Source: Candidatus Pyrohabitans jungbluthii
GTDB taxonomy: Archaea > Hydrothermarchaeota > Hydrothermarchaeia > Hydrothermarchaeales > BMS3B
Reading direction: 5' to 3'
Length of the DNA stretch: 64,000 nucleotides
NCBI GenBank assembly: GCA_002010065.2
Contig: MTMD02000011.1
Coordinates: forward strand, 1 to 64,000
In this document: positions 21,756 to 30,881 of the stretch, one piece after another
Layout: the number at the start of each line of letters is the position of its first letter
Numbering within the stretch: position 1 is the first letter of the stretch
The notes under the pieces: model-generated
What the model was told of the DNA's origin: nothing
The model's input: the letters and a program-made list of their open reading frames with translations, nothing else
Database searches by the model: none
Program-made: the position numbers and the translations under genes

Positions 21756-21930
21756 ATAAGGGCGCCGCACCCGCCCTTATCAACCCATCCTCACCAGATA
21801 GGGGCGCCTTCCCCGCCCCTGTTACCCCTTCCGAACCAGATATGGGCGTCGCGCCCGCTTCGTCACCCGGAACAGAGTTCCGGGCAACCTCTATCACACC
21901 TTCCGTACCTTATATGGGGACGCTTACCCC
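21756..21930. repeat. Cluster of 42-bp hairpin (REP-like) repeats, cluster 1
   Basis: Units start at 21756, 21798 and 21840 (exact 42-bp period) with a 9-bp stem ATA(A/G)GGGCG-N7-CGCCC(T/C)T(A/G)T and a C-rich tail; the third and fourth units are degenerate. Confidence 0.8.
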
Positions 21931-21975
21931 AAGCGGAGCGCAAGCGTTATATAACCACGCCACCCAGGGTTATGC

Positions 21976-22245
21976 ATGAGCGAAGGTATAGGAGTATTTC
22001 TGCCAAAAAAGGAGAACGTGAGCGAGGAGGAATTCCTCTTTTCTGTTTTTAAGGCGAAGGAGATTAGGAAGATAGAGGGTGAGGATTACGTCATTCTTGA
22101 TTCGGACGTGGGAGAGCTGAGAATACCAGTAAAAAAGATCTTCGGGTATTTTATTGAGATGTTTGAAACACTTGGTAAGGAGGATAAAGAAAAGCTGCTC
22201 AGGCTTATTAAGGGGTATGTGGAGGAGGGCATCTCTACCCTATAA
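21976..22245 (+). CDS. Hypothetical protein (89 aa)
   Basis: ATG-started ORF with natural composition; TTATATAA element upstream; no recognised motif. Confidence 0.6.
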   Translation: MSEGIGVFLPKKENVSEEEFLFSVFKAKEIRKIEGEDYVILDSDVGELRIPVKKIFGYFIEMFETLGKEDKEKLLRLIKGYVEEGISTL

Positions 22246-23053
22246 ATTCGGGCTCAACGTATTTCGGGAGTATTCCCTCTTCATAGCCTCTCTTTAAGAA
22301 CAACTTTATAGCCTGCCTGCCCTTTTCGCCGTAGTCGAGGGTGTACTCGTTTACATACATCCTTACGAACTTCCTGTTCTTCTCCCTGTCAAGTCCCCGC
22401 CCAAACTGCAGCGCGTATTCCAGGGCTTCTTCTTCGTGCTCTAGGGCATAGCGTATGCTCTGCTTGAGGTAAGAAGCTACCTTGCGGATAACCTCATCGC
22501 CAAGGTCTCGCCTTATGGCGTTACCACCCAGAGGTAGGGGAAGCGAGGTCTCGCTATGCCACCACTCTCCTAAATCTACCACCTTCACCAGGCCCAGCTC
22601 AGGGTAGGTAAGCTGCCCCTCATGGATGAGCAAGCCAGCGTCGACCTCACCCTTCGCCACTGCCTCGGGGATGCGGTCGAAGGGTACCTCCACAGGCGAG
22701 AAGTTGCGCTCGTACAGCTTCAGGGCGAGGTAAGCTGAGGTGAGCTTCCCTGGTATGGCGATTCGCTTCCCTTCCAGAGAATCCAGCTTTTCCCTGGCGA
22801 CAACGATTGGGCCATAGTTATCCCCCATGCTCGCCCCGCAGTTGAGCAGGGCATAGCGCTCCGCCAGGTAGGGATACGCGTGGATTGATATAGCTGTAAC
22901 CTCGTACTCACCCTGCATTGCCTTTCTGTTCAGCGTCTCTATGTCTGCCATCACATCCACGAATTCAAACTCGCTCTGTATTTTACCTGTCGCGAGGGCG
23001 TAGAACATGAAGGCGTCGTCTGGATCAGGGCTATGAGCTATTGCTACTCTCAT
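22235..23053 (-). CDS. mqnD: 1,4-dihydroxy-6-naphthoate synthase MqnD (futalosine menaquinone pathway)
   Basis: HSPDPDDAFMF, DIETLN, GASMGDNYGP, LIHEGQLTY, DLGEWW, PLPLG, MYVN. Confidence 0.88.
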   Translation of the reverse strand: MRVAIAHSPDPDDAFMFYALATGKIQSEFEFVDVMADIETLNRKAMQGEYEVTAISIHAYPYLAERYALLNCGASMGDNYGPIVVAREKLDSLEGKRIAIPGKLTSAYLALKLYERNFSPVEVPFDRIPEAVAKGEVDAGLLIHEGQLTYPELGLVKVVDLGEWWHSETSLPLPLGGNAIRRDLGDEVIRKVASYLKQSIRYALEHEEEALEYALQFGRGLDREKNRKFVRMYVNEYTLDYGEKGRQAIKLFLKRGYEEGILPKYVEPEFIG

Positions 23054-23925
23054 ACGCCTAGCCTCTCGCTTATGGTATTTATTATTTTCTCAAACGCTGT
23101 GCTCTTAACAAAAGGGGAGCCGAGGATAACCTGCTCCACGCCGAGCTTCGCCAGCTCCTCTATCCTCTCCACCACCTCGTCAACGCTCCCGGAGAGGGTA
23201 AAGTGCTCCAGGAGGAAGCTCTCATGTTCTGCAAGCCCGCTCCATCTGCCTCGCTTCACTATATCTCTGACCTCAGCCACCTTCTCGTCAATGCCCATAT
23301 CTGCGATAAACACGGGATTTGCGCCACTCGCTATGACTGCGGCTGCGCCCCTGAGCTCAGCAATATTTTCCTTATCTGGCAGAACAAGCGCAGGTGCGAT
23401 GCAGGCGATGTATGTCTTCCTCCTTACATGGCGGAGAGCCCACTTTATGAACTCAGGGTGAGCGTAGTTGAGTATCACACCCTCGCTCCTCATGCTGGCT
23501 AACTCTATCAGCTTTGGCCCAGAGGCTCCAACAAAGACGGGTACCACTCCCTCTATTTTGGAGATGCACTTCTCAAGGCGCACCACCACACCCCTGCTCG
23601 CGATGCACTCCACCCTCAGCCCGTGCAAGTCCCCCGGTGCAATGCCTGCGATAAAGCGCTCCCCGTATACTTCCTTAAGCACTGTAAATGCCTTTGCGAT
23701 GTGGAAGCAGCGGTTGCTCATCGCTGAAAGTATCGCAGAGCCTATTGTGGCATGCGTTGTGCTCTCCGCAAGGAGTGTCATTATCGGAAAAGGATGCACA
23801 AGCGGCTTGGATTCGCCCACCCACAGGTAGCGAACACCGCTGCGCTCGGCTGCAGCTGCCCTCGCAGCAGCTTCTTCCCTGCCCAAGTCGCCGTTGAAGT
23901 TAATGCCAAGCTCAGGCGCTGCCAA
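23050..23925 (-). CDS. LLM (luciferase-like, Mer-related) F420/flavin-dependent oxidoreductase, divergent
   Basis: AERSG..LWVGE, RFIAGIAPGD, VFVGASGPKLIELA, GVEQVILGSP. Confidence 0.75.
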   Translation of the reverse strand: MAAPELGINFNGDLGREEAAARAAAAERSGVRYLWVGESKPLVHPFPIMTLLAESTTHATIGSAILSAMSNRCFHIAKAFTVLKEVYGERFIAGIAPGDLHGLRVECIASRGVVVRLEKCISKIEGVVPVFVGASGPKLIELASMRSEGVILNYAHPEFIKWALRHVRRKTYIACIAPALVLPDKENIAELRGAAAVIASGANPVFIADMGIDEKVAEVRDIVKRGRWSGLAEHESFLLEHFTLSGSVDEVVERIEELAKLGVEQVILGSPFVKSTAFEKIINTISERLGV

Positions 23926-24868
23926 AGCTGCGCACCACCTCTATAGCAGAGTCGCCGAAGGGCGGGCCGACAATGAACTCTTCGAAGCCCAGACGGTGGA
24001 GCTCTTCCATCGCATCCAGAATCTCCTCTCTTGTGCCAAAAAAGCAGAACTCCCGCAGGGCTCTGTCCGGCACAAGCTTTGACGCGAGAGCGTAGTCCCG
24101 CCTGAGAAAAGCCTGCTTTATCTCCTCCGCCACCTCTTCCAGCTCCAGCATACGGAGCACCTCTCTGGGGGAGCTTGCAATCATCGTTGCAGTAATATGC
24201 TTCGCTTTTTTTACATCATCGCCAAGTACAAAGCCCTTCCACACCACCCTGTGCATGTTTGCGAACCTTCTCCCTGCCTTTTTCGCCGCTTTTCTAACCA
24301 CTTCAATCGCCTGTCTGAGGTACTCGTTGGGGCCGCTGAAGATTACGCCGTCGCTGACCTCACCTGCGAGGGCAAGGAGCTTTTTTCCGCGCACACCGAA
24401 CAGAATCTCAGGTGTTGCCACGCCCTTTATGCGAAGCCTGTAGCCTCGGAGGCACGCCTTTCTGCCCTCGTATCTGACCTCCTCGCCGCGGAATATTCTG
24501 CGCAGCACCTCAGCGGTTTCCCTCAGCATCGCCACAGCGTTGCGTGGCTCTTTGCCTGTGAGCTTCACAATCTCAGGAATGCCCCCAACACCAATGCCCA
24601 GAGAAAAGCGGTTTCCTGTAATCATCTGCAGCCCCGCCGTGGCTGAGGCGATGAGCACAAGGCTTCTGAGATAGGGGGATAATATTCCAGAGGCTATGGG
24701 TATACCCTGCGTTTTAACGGCGATGGTGGAGAGATACGTGAAAATCTCGCGGGATAGCGCATCTTCGCCCACGAATATTCTTGCATAACTCTGGGCTTCA
24801 GCAAGCCTTGCAAGCTCCACCCCCTGCGTCACGGGCATGCTCGTCGTAAGCCCCAGTGAGATTTTCAT
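23912..24868 (-). CDS. LLM (Mer-like) F420/flavin-dependent oxidoreductase
   Basis: ARLAE, IASGILSPY.R, RFSLGIG, GKKLLALAGEVSDGV, FIVGPP. Confidence 0.8.
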   Translation of the reverse strand: MKISLGLTTSMPVTQGVELARLAEAQSYARIFVGEDALSREIFTYLSTIAVKTQGIPIASGILSPYLRSLVLIASATAGLQMITGNRFSLGIGVGGIPEIVKLTGKEPRNAVAMLRETAEVLRRIFRGEEVRYEGRKACLRGYRLRIKGVATPEILFGVRGKKLLALAGEVSDGVIFSGPNEYLRQAIEVVRKAAKKAGRRFANMHRVVWKGFVLGDDVKKAKHITATMIASSPREVLRMLELEEVAEEIKQAFLRRDYALASKLVPDRALREFCFFGTREEILDAMEELHRLGFEEFIVGPPFGDSAIEVVRSFGSA

Positions 24869-24901
24869 TGCCCCGTATCCCCAAAGATGACATGGAAAAA
24901 G

Positions 24902-25411
24902 CTAAATTATTGTTAGCCTCTTTACCCCCTCGAGCGCCTTTAGCTCCTTTATAAGCTCCCCCGGCAGCTCCCCCTCGGTTATTATGGTTAGCTTGGGTTC
25001 CTCGAAAAGGTATGGGTCGTCTGCTATGGCTTGCCTTATTGGTATGCCCCACTCAGATATCTTCGACGCCACGCTGCCTATTATCCCGGGCTTCGATGCG
25101 TCGTCCGGCGTTATTATCACCACACTGAGCCCCAGCATGGGCGCCACGTCGCGGAGGAATGCCACGCAGCTAAGGTTGCTGAATATCCTGTAGAGGCTCT
25201 CTTCCTTCTTAATCCTCTCCGCCGTAGCGTCTACCACGCGGCGATCTATGCCCAGCTCTTTCGCAATCTGGGTATGGGGTATCTCTATCCCGCCCACGCA
25301 GACACGGGCTTGCTCATTCACCTGGAAGCCCTTGCGAAGAAGAAAAAGTGCTACCCGCTTCTGCATCGGAAATTTTTTGAAGTGCTTCTCTATCTCGCTC
25401 CACATTGGCAT
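24902..25411 (-). CDS. Predicted amino-acid metabolism regulator, ACT-domain (COG2150-like)
   Basis: IAKELGIDRRVV HTH-like segment plus C-terminal ACT (PGIIG, IRQAIADDP, LTII). Confidence 0.8.
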   Translation of the reverse strand: MPMWSEIEKHFKKFPMQKRVALFLLRKGFQVNEQARVCVGGIEIPHTQIAKELGIDRRVVDATAERIKKEESLYRIFSNLSCVAFLRDVAPMLGLSVVIITPDDASKPGIIGSVASKISEWGIPIRQAIADDPYLFEEPKLTIITEGELPGELIKELKALEGVKRLTII

Positions 25412-25495
25412 CTATTAATTGTCGGAGTGTGGATTAATAAATTTATCTGTTTTTGGGCAGTAAACAGATAAAGCGGGAGGCACCTTTTATGAGGG

Positions 25496-25963
25496 TTAGT
25501 ACAGGACATATAGAAGGAGATAAACTGCTATACCAGACATGAATGAGAGGACCCATGTGGTCAATGTTATCTTCCCGAACTTCCGATGCTTTAACACATT
25601 TTCTGTTCTCATAGTCATTGTTTTTTTATCAAAGTTTTTTATTCCATTGTAAACCATGAAAGCCGCCAATAAAAGAACAACTATGGATATTATGGAGTGA
25701 AATACTACCGTTGGCAGGTATACAAACTTATAAACTCCAGGAGGTCCCATGAATTTTGTTCTTCCTTCGACAAGGGATTTTATCATATAGCTTACAAGGA
25801 AGGCGATGTCGAGCACAAAAGCAGTTCCCATGAACTTCGGGTGCAGAGAAAAATTCCTTTTTCTGGCAAAATAGTATCCAGCCAGAAACATAGCTGTTAC
25901 GAGAAATTCCAATGTTAAGGATAAATCAGAGTATAAGCTGGCTTTTGTTCCGTATATCCCCAT
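25496..25963 (-). CDS. DUF420-family membrane protein
   Basis: Four TM helices with H..M, FH...S and HRKFG...W..S..SG.VY.LLY; AT-rich coding sequence. Confidence 0.75.
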   Translation of the reverse strand: MGIYGTKASLYSDLSLTLEFLVTAMFLAGYYFARKRNFSLHPKFMGTAFVLDIAFLVSYMIKSLVEGRTKFMGPPGVYKFVYLPTVVFHSIISIVVLLLAAFMVYNGIKNFDKKTMTMRTENVLKHRKFGKITLTTWVLSFMSGIAVYLLLYVLY

Positions 25964-26141
25964 GGTTAAATTATAAATTAGGTTCGGTATTTATAGGTTT
26001 CAGCTTCGCGGTTTTGGGTGTTCCAAAAGGAACCTCTTTTCTGAACAAAAGTGTAAAATTTACTGATGTCACGTTTCAATTATTAAACGTTATAAAGGGG
26101 GTTTGGCCTGAGACTCTATATTACTTTGCCTGAGTGGTAGT

Positions 26142-26564
26142 ATGGTTAAAATCAGAAAAAATAAGAAAGGAGATAAATATATAATAATAGAAAAGGAAAA
26201 AAATGGACTTCATATATCTGTTCATAAAAGCGGTCATGTTCACGTAAAAAGTGACAAACTAGGCATTCATTCCGATGTAAAAAGCGAAACTGTCAGAAAA
26301 TTCTTATTACATCCACAGACAGAACCGCTAATATTAGACCACACCCTAAAAACGACACCGTGTGATAAGTATCCAGAGTGTATCTGTGTCCATTTGGAGA
26401 TGAATCCCCAACTCATTGAAAGTGGAGAATATGGGAAACTGTGTATAAAACTAAAAAAATTGATTGGTGGGGGCCCATGTCCAGAATATGGTGGCACATT
26501 TTGTATGTGGGCAGGATTTTGCCGTCGTGGCATTGACCCAACACCATATGTTAAGATGCTATGA
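26142..26564 (+). CDS. Hypothetical Cys/His-rich protein (AT-rich island)
   Basis: 140-aa ORF with HxSxHxSGHxH and seven Cys in the C-terminal half. Confidence 0.6.
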   Translation: MVKIRKNKKGDKYIIIEKEKNGLHISVHKSGHVHVKSDKLGIHSDVKSETVRKFLLHPQTEPLILDHTLKTTPCDKYPECICVHLEMNPQLIESGEYGKLCIKLKKLIGGGPCPEYGGTFCMWAGFCRRGIDPTPYVKML

Positions 26565-26704
26565 TCTATCTATATACATACCTGACGGTCAACATTCACT
26601 TTCTTTTTATTCTCCTCCGTCCCGGTGGTTTTGTTGCTGGCAGCCTAAGATCTTATGGAGTACTCGTGCACAATCCTACAAAGGCAACGGAAAAAGAAGG
26701 TGAG

Positions 26705-26779
26705 CGGGCCCGGGGGGATTTGAACCCCCGATCTACAGCTTAGGAGGCTGCCGCCTTGTCCAGGCTAGGCTACGAGCCC
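26705..26779 (-). tRNA. tRNA-Arg(CCU)
   Basis: Reverse complement GGGCTCG...GCAGC-CTCCTAA-GCTGT...GGGGG-TTCAAAT-CCCCC-CGGGCCC-G folds as a cloverleaf. Confidence 0.93.
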
Positions 26780-26856
26780 TACTCGCGAAGGGTGATGTTC
26801 CCGTTTTTAAGAATATCTAAAGATACCTTTTTATTCATGTCCGCAGATTTTTTTTC

Positions 26857-27768
26857 ATGACAAAGCTTGAGCTTAACGGCATAGAGGTTGAGGACACATA
26901 CTGCGAGGCCTTCGACGGGCTCTTTGTGAGGATGATAATCACCGCGAAGAATGAGCGCTACCTTCGCCGCGCCGCCTTCGGCGCAACCTGCCTCCCAAGC
27001 ACTGTGGTTGGAAGGACTGAGGGTGGAGTCGAGGCGTGGCTAAGTGAATCTGAGACACCAGACCAGCGAATAGGCGCTGTTGTGCAGGTGTGGGGCAACG
27101 CTGGCGGGAAAAGCGCTCTGGAAAAGTTTGAGTATGAGCTTTCCCTGCGCATTCGCCAGGGTGTGCTTGTGGTGCCCACAACGCGGATTTTCAACGCGTG
27201 GGAAGGTGAGGAGTTTATAGACACAATGCGTCGCGTTGGTCACTGTGGCGACGGCTACGAATGGGTGGAGACGCGCTTCGGCAGGGAGATGATTAATGTG
27301 CCCCTCATGATGGGGGAGTGGCTGATTGAGCGCAGGCTTGGCGTTGGTAAGGGCGTCGCTGGCGGCAACGTGTGGTTCTTCGCAACCAGTGAGGACGCCG
27401 CGCTGGAAGCGGGAGAACGCGCCGTCGAAGCCGTTGCCAGCGTGGAGGGTGCCGTCACAACCTTCGATGTCTGCAGCGCAGGCTCCAAGGTGGAGACGAA
27501 CTACCCTGAAATTGGTCCCACGACGAATCACCCCTACTGCCCCACGCTGCGCGGCAGGATTCCCGACTCCCGCGTACCCGAGGGCGTGGTCTCAATACCC
27601 GAGGTGGTTATAAACGGCATTAATCTTGAGGCTGTAGAGCGAGCGATGCTGGCGGCGATGAAGGCGGGGAGTGAGGTTGAGGGCATAGTAAAGATAAGTG
27701 CCGGCAACTACGGCGGGAAGCTGGGGAAGCACAAGATTTACCTGAGGGAGCTTCTGAAAAAGCGGTAG
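26857..27768 (+). CDS. ftr: Formylmethanofuran:tetrahydromethanopterin formyltransferase (Ftr family)
   Basis: GIEVEDTYCEAF, TPD.R.G, GVAGGN, GSKV, PTTNHPYCPTL, ISAGNYGGKLG. Confidence 0.88.
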   Translation: MTKLELNGIEVEDTYCEAFDGLFVRMIITAKNERYLRRAAFGATCLPSTVVGRTEGGVEAWLSESETPDQRIGAVVQVWGNAGGKSALEKFEYELSLRIRQGVLVVPTTRIFNAWEGEEFIDTMRRVGHCGDGYEWVETRFGREMINVPLMMGEWLIERRLGVGKGVAGGNVWFFATSEDAALEAGERAVEAVASVEGAVTTFDVCSAGSKVETNYPEIGPTTNHPYCPTLRGRIPDSRVPEGVVSIPEVVINGINLEAVERAMLAAMKAGSEVEGIVKISAGNYGGKLGKHKIYLRELLKKR

Positions 27769-27823
27769 TCACCAGGCTTTACCCGCCGCTAAGACACCTT
27801 TCGCTCTCAATAGGCACATGCAG

Positions 27824-28051
27824 CTATTCTTTCCCTCCAATCCTGTAGTACTTCCAGGTTTTAACCAGTATATATCCCATAATACCAAAAAAATTAAAGG
27901 TAAACATCGTCATAATCCAGAAGGTTTTTTCAAGGTCGGAGATGTCCCTCCTTCTAACAGCGTCGTGCACATAGAAGGCGAGCAGAAGAAAGTAAAGAAG
28001 AGTTAGAGAAAATAAGACAAATTCTGAGGCACCCAATACCACCCTGCTCAC
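27824..28051 (-). CDS. Small two-TM protein (PLDc_N-like)
   Basis: DA.RR....EK.FW......FFG..GY pattern; SD-like GAGGT upstream. Confidence 0.55.
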   Translation of the reverse strand: MSRVVLGASEFVLFSLTLLYFLLLAFYVHDAVRRRDISDLEKTFWIMTMFTFNFFGIMGYILVKTWKYYRIGGKE

Positions 28052-28150
28052 CCCTTTAACCTCTAAGCGTAAATCCTATAAAAACTTAGTGTGGAGTACA
28101 TTCTGGTTAGTTGCTCAACGATTTTATATCTACCCTCATATATAGTACCG

Positions 28151-28591
28151 ATGTGGAAGGCGGAGGCGCTGAAGATGATGCAGGAGGAGAGAGAAGGGCC
28201 AGCTCTGGTGATTATTTTATCTCTGATCTACATAATACTTTCCTATGCGATTTCTAAAAGTTTAGGTGGTGGCTTGATGGAATTTATTGCTCTCCTGCTT
28301 CTTCTCATCCCAGTCCCAGGCGTGGCTGCCTTCCTATACGGTATGCGGAAAGGCAGCAGCCTTGGTTCATTCCTGGTGGGTTTCGTGCCGGTCTTTATAT
28401 TCTTCATGTCAGGTGCACTTTTTGGAGGGTTTGAGCGTGTTCCCCTCTTTTCCGGACTATTTCTGGGGATTTGCTCCGGTGTGGTGGGCTACAGCGGAGC
28501 GGTAAAAAAGAGAGGGGAGAGGGACTGGATTGTTTTTGCACTCATCGCCGTGTTGCTTTGGATATTTGTGATGCTGGGCGGCATGCTGTGA
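28151..28591 (+). CDS. Hypothetical multi-pass membrane protein
   Basis: About five hydrophobic segments; start uncertain (28091, 28151 or 28175). Confidence 0.6.
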   Translation: MWKAEALKMMQEEREGPALVIILSLIYIILSYAISKSLGGGLMEFIALLLLLIPVPGVAAFLYGMRKGSSLGSFLVGFVPVFIFFMSGALFGGFERVPLFSGLFLGICSGVVGYSGAVKKRGERDWIVFALIAVLLWIFVMLGGML

Positions 28592-28631
28592 TAAAATCTT
28601 AACTCCAGCGCGGGAGTTTAATCCGAAGACG

Positions 28632-29873
28632 TTATATGCACAGCACCAGCGGCTTGGCTAGGTGGCGCATCGCTATGGGCGGCACAGAGTAAAGCTTCTC
28701 TTCGATGCTTCTCTCCAGCTTTTCCCTCACCTTTTCTTTAGCCTTTGTCTTGCACCGCCTGCAACGATAGCCCTGACCTCTGCCGGCGCTCTCCATGCGC
28801 TTTCCGCACCTCTCGCAGCGAGGGTTGGCTAGTCTCTCTCTCTTGAGCTTGAGCACCTCAAGCTTTTCAAGATTTATCGTCTTACTCTCGTCCACGCCCC
28901 CGTATACCTTCACTCTGTCGCCCGGAATTAAGGCGCGCACCACGTTGCGAAATTGCTTCGTGGGCTCGTAGGCGGCGCAGGTAATCTCCTCGCCATAGGC
29001 ATCGCGAAGCTGGAAGAAGACGTGCCCACCCGGTATTACTCTTGGCACAGAAGCAACCTCACCGGTGAGGATAACTGAGGAGAAGGGTTCAACCTCTGCC
29101 ACGCGGGAGACTTCCTGGAGATGCGCGTCGGTGCCCTGGTTAGTTTTGTAAATAACGCTCAGCGCAATCTCTTCGCCGGGCAGTACCATCTTCGCCGCCT
29201 CTTCCACAACCTGCGCGCTAACCCCGCGAATGCCGAAGAGCACTGGGCAGGGCGTGTGTGGAGCGATAAGCATGCGACGCTCGCGGTAATCGAAGTTGTT
29301 GAAGGTGAGGGGGAAGGTAAGGGCGTCCATCTTGAGCACAGAATCAACGTCGAGGTTACGAGGTGTACCCCAGCGCTGGCGCGTGCGGTAGGCGATGTAC
29401 TCGTAGGTGGCCTGGGTTAGCTCGGCGCCTATCGCCGCGAGGGCACCTACAATACCTCGACCTAGCTTGTACTTGACATATTCAGCACCGTATGCCTCGA
29501 GAAGCTTCTCTGCTTCGTCAATCTCAACAACGCTGTGTAGGGCGCGGTGATAAAATTCATTAAACTCCTTCGGGGGTTTGCCCTCGTAAAACACTATGCC
29601 TGGGTTTGTGTTCGCATCGTCAAAAACTGCGAATTCCTCAACCGTTCGTTTTGCGATGCGCTTTGCTTCCTCGACCTTCTTCGTTCTAACCGTGAGCGCC
29701 ACCGCAGCGTTGCCTCGGGTTTTGTATTTGATGTTTGGGTTGAGACGCACCAGCTTGGCTTCTTCAACCTCACCAACCTTGGCCAGACGCTTGATGAGCA
29801 GGGCACCTATATAGGTGGTGCACATTCCATGCTTAGCCGAATCTGTGTCGTCAATGCCTATGTGGAGGAGCAT
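28632..29873 (-). CDS. tiaS: tRNA(Ile2) agmatinylcytidine synthase TiaS
   Basis: IGIDDTDS..GMCTT, LVRLNPN..KTRGN, PVLFGIRG, TNQGTD.H, C-terminal Zn ribbon, HLAKP. Confidence 0.95.
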   Translation of the reverse strand: MLLHIGIDDTDSAKHGMCTTYIGALLIKRLAKVGEVEEAKLVRLNPNIKYKTRGNAAVALTVRTKKVEEAKRIAKRTVEEFAVFDDANTNPGIVFYEGKPPKEFNEFYHRALHSVVEIDEAEKLLEAYGAEYVKYKLGRGIVGALAAIGAELTQATYEYIAYRTRQRWGTPRNLDVDSVLKMDALTFPLTFNNFDYRERRMLIAPHTPCPVLFGIRGVSAQVVEEAAKMVLPGEEIALSVIYKTNQGTDAHLQEVSRVAEVEPFSSVILTGEVASVPRVIPGGHVFFQLRDAYGEEITCAAYEPTKQFRNVVRALIPGDRVKVYGGVDESKTINLEKLEVLKLKRERLANPRCERCGKRMESAGRGQGYRCRRCKTKAKEKVREKLERSIEEKLYSVPPIAMRHLAKPLVLCI

Positions 29874-29936
29874 GTCCTATTCACAGCAAGATAACGGGGG
29901 TAAGCGATTTATAGGAGAAAGAATAAAAGAGATGCG

Positions 29937-30881
29937 GTGAAAATGCAGGAGAGGCTGAATTTATTCCTCAGGGTGCTGGAAATTTTTGAGAATCGTGGCT
30001 ATGAGATTTCTGAGGCGTGCGTGTTGAGCAACTCCTGCTTTGACTTTTTTGCTCGCAAAGGGGAGCAACTCCTTCTTGTAAAGGTGCTGAGGAACATAGA
30101 CAGCCTGACAGAGACGCAGGCTGAGGACATAACCAAAGTTGCAGCTACGCTGGGCGCCGCCCCTGTGATTGTGGGTGAGAGGAAGACGGCTGAAGCCCTG
30201 CATGAAGGCGTGGTGTATCTGAGGCATGGCTTAGCCTGCATCAGCGAGGAGACGCTGGAAAATGCCTTGGATAGCGAGTATCCGGCGTTGTTATGCTATC
30301 GAGGCGGGTATTATGCCAGCATCGACGGCGCGCTATTGAGAAACCTGAGGCAGGCTCACAAGCTGAGCAGGCCTGCTCTGGCGAAGCTCGTCGGGGTCTC
30401 GCCGAAGGCTATTTACAAGTACGAAGAGGGCGAAGCCAGCGCCACCTTTGAAACAGCGCTGAAGCTTGAGGATATTTTCGGCACCCCGCTGGTAAAGCCT
30501 CTCAACATCTTTCGCGTGCCTGAGATGAAGGTTCATGCTACGCCGTCAGCAAGCTTAGCCACGCTTCGCAGCCTGGGCTTCGACGTGCTCCCCGTCAAGA
30601 AGGCACCTTTTTCAGCGCTTACGAAGGGCGAGGGTGAGGTGCTTTTAACAAAGGTTGCGAGGTGCTGCACCCGGGAAGTGGTGGAGAGAGCGAAGCTGCT
30701 TCGGAGCATCTCCGCCACGGTTAAGCGTGAAGCATTTATTCTGCTCGATTCTGGTAGAGCTAAAAATATCGCTGGCGTAGCCACGGTTACTAAGCGGGAA
30801 GTTGAAGAGATGGAGGATCCGCGCCACCTGCTGGAGCTTATCGAGGAAAGGGCTACGCAAGACCGAGATGCTGGCGGATAA
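29937..30881 (+). CDS. Conserved archaeal XRE-HTH transcriptional regulator (COG1395-like)
   Basis: CFDFFAR, LLVKVL.NIDSL, GVVYLRHG, central HTH (LAKLVGVSPKAIYKYEEG); divergent from tiaS. Confidence 0.85.
   Translation: MKMQERLNLFLRVLEIFENRGYEISEACVLSNSCFDFFARKGEQLLLVKVLRNIDSLTETQAEDITKVAATLGAAPVIVGERKTAEALHEGVVYLRHGLACISEETLENALDSEYPALLCYRGGYYASIDGALLRNLRQAHKLSRPALAKLVGVSPKAIYKYEEGEASATFETALKLEDIFGTPLVKPLNIFRVPEMKVHATPSASLATLRSLGFDVLPVKKAPFSALTKGEGEVLLTKVARCCTREVVERAKLLRSISATVKREAFILLDSGRAKNIAGVATVTKREVEEMEDPRHLLELIEERATQDRDAGG

Noticed and set aside
21756-21930. CRISPR array or RNase P/SRP RNA interpretation of the GC-rich repeat region
   Set aside because: The units are contiguous with no unique spacers between identical repeats, there are no cas genes, and the RNase P and SRP consensus motifs are absent. 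Kept as a REP-like repeat instead.
26561-26743. 60-aa ORF in the track
   Set aside because: It runs into the antisense strand of tRNA-Arg (ARGDLNPRS is a typical tRNA shadow translation).
28602-28619. AACTCC-agcgcg-GGAGTT hairpin between convergent genes
   Set aside because: A short stem at a convergent junction, unrelated to the 42-bp family; at most an ordinary terminator.
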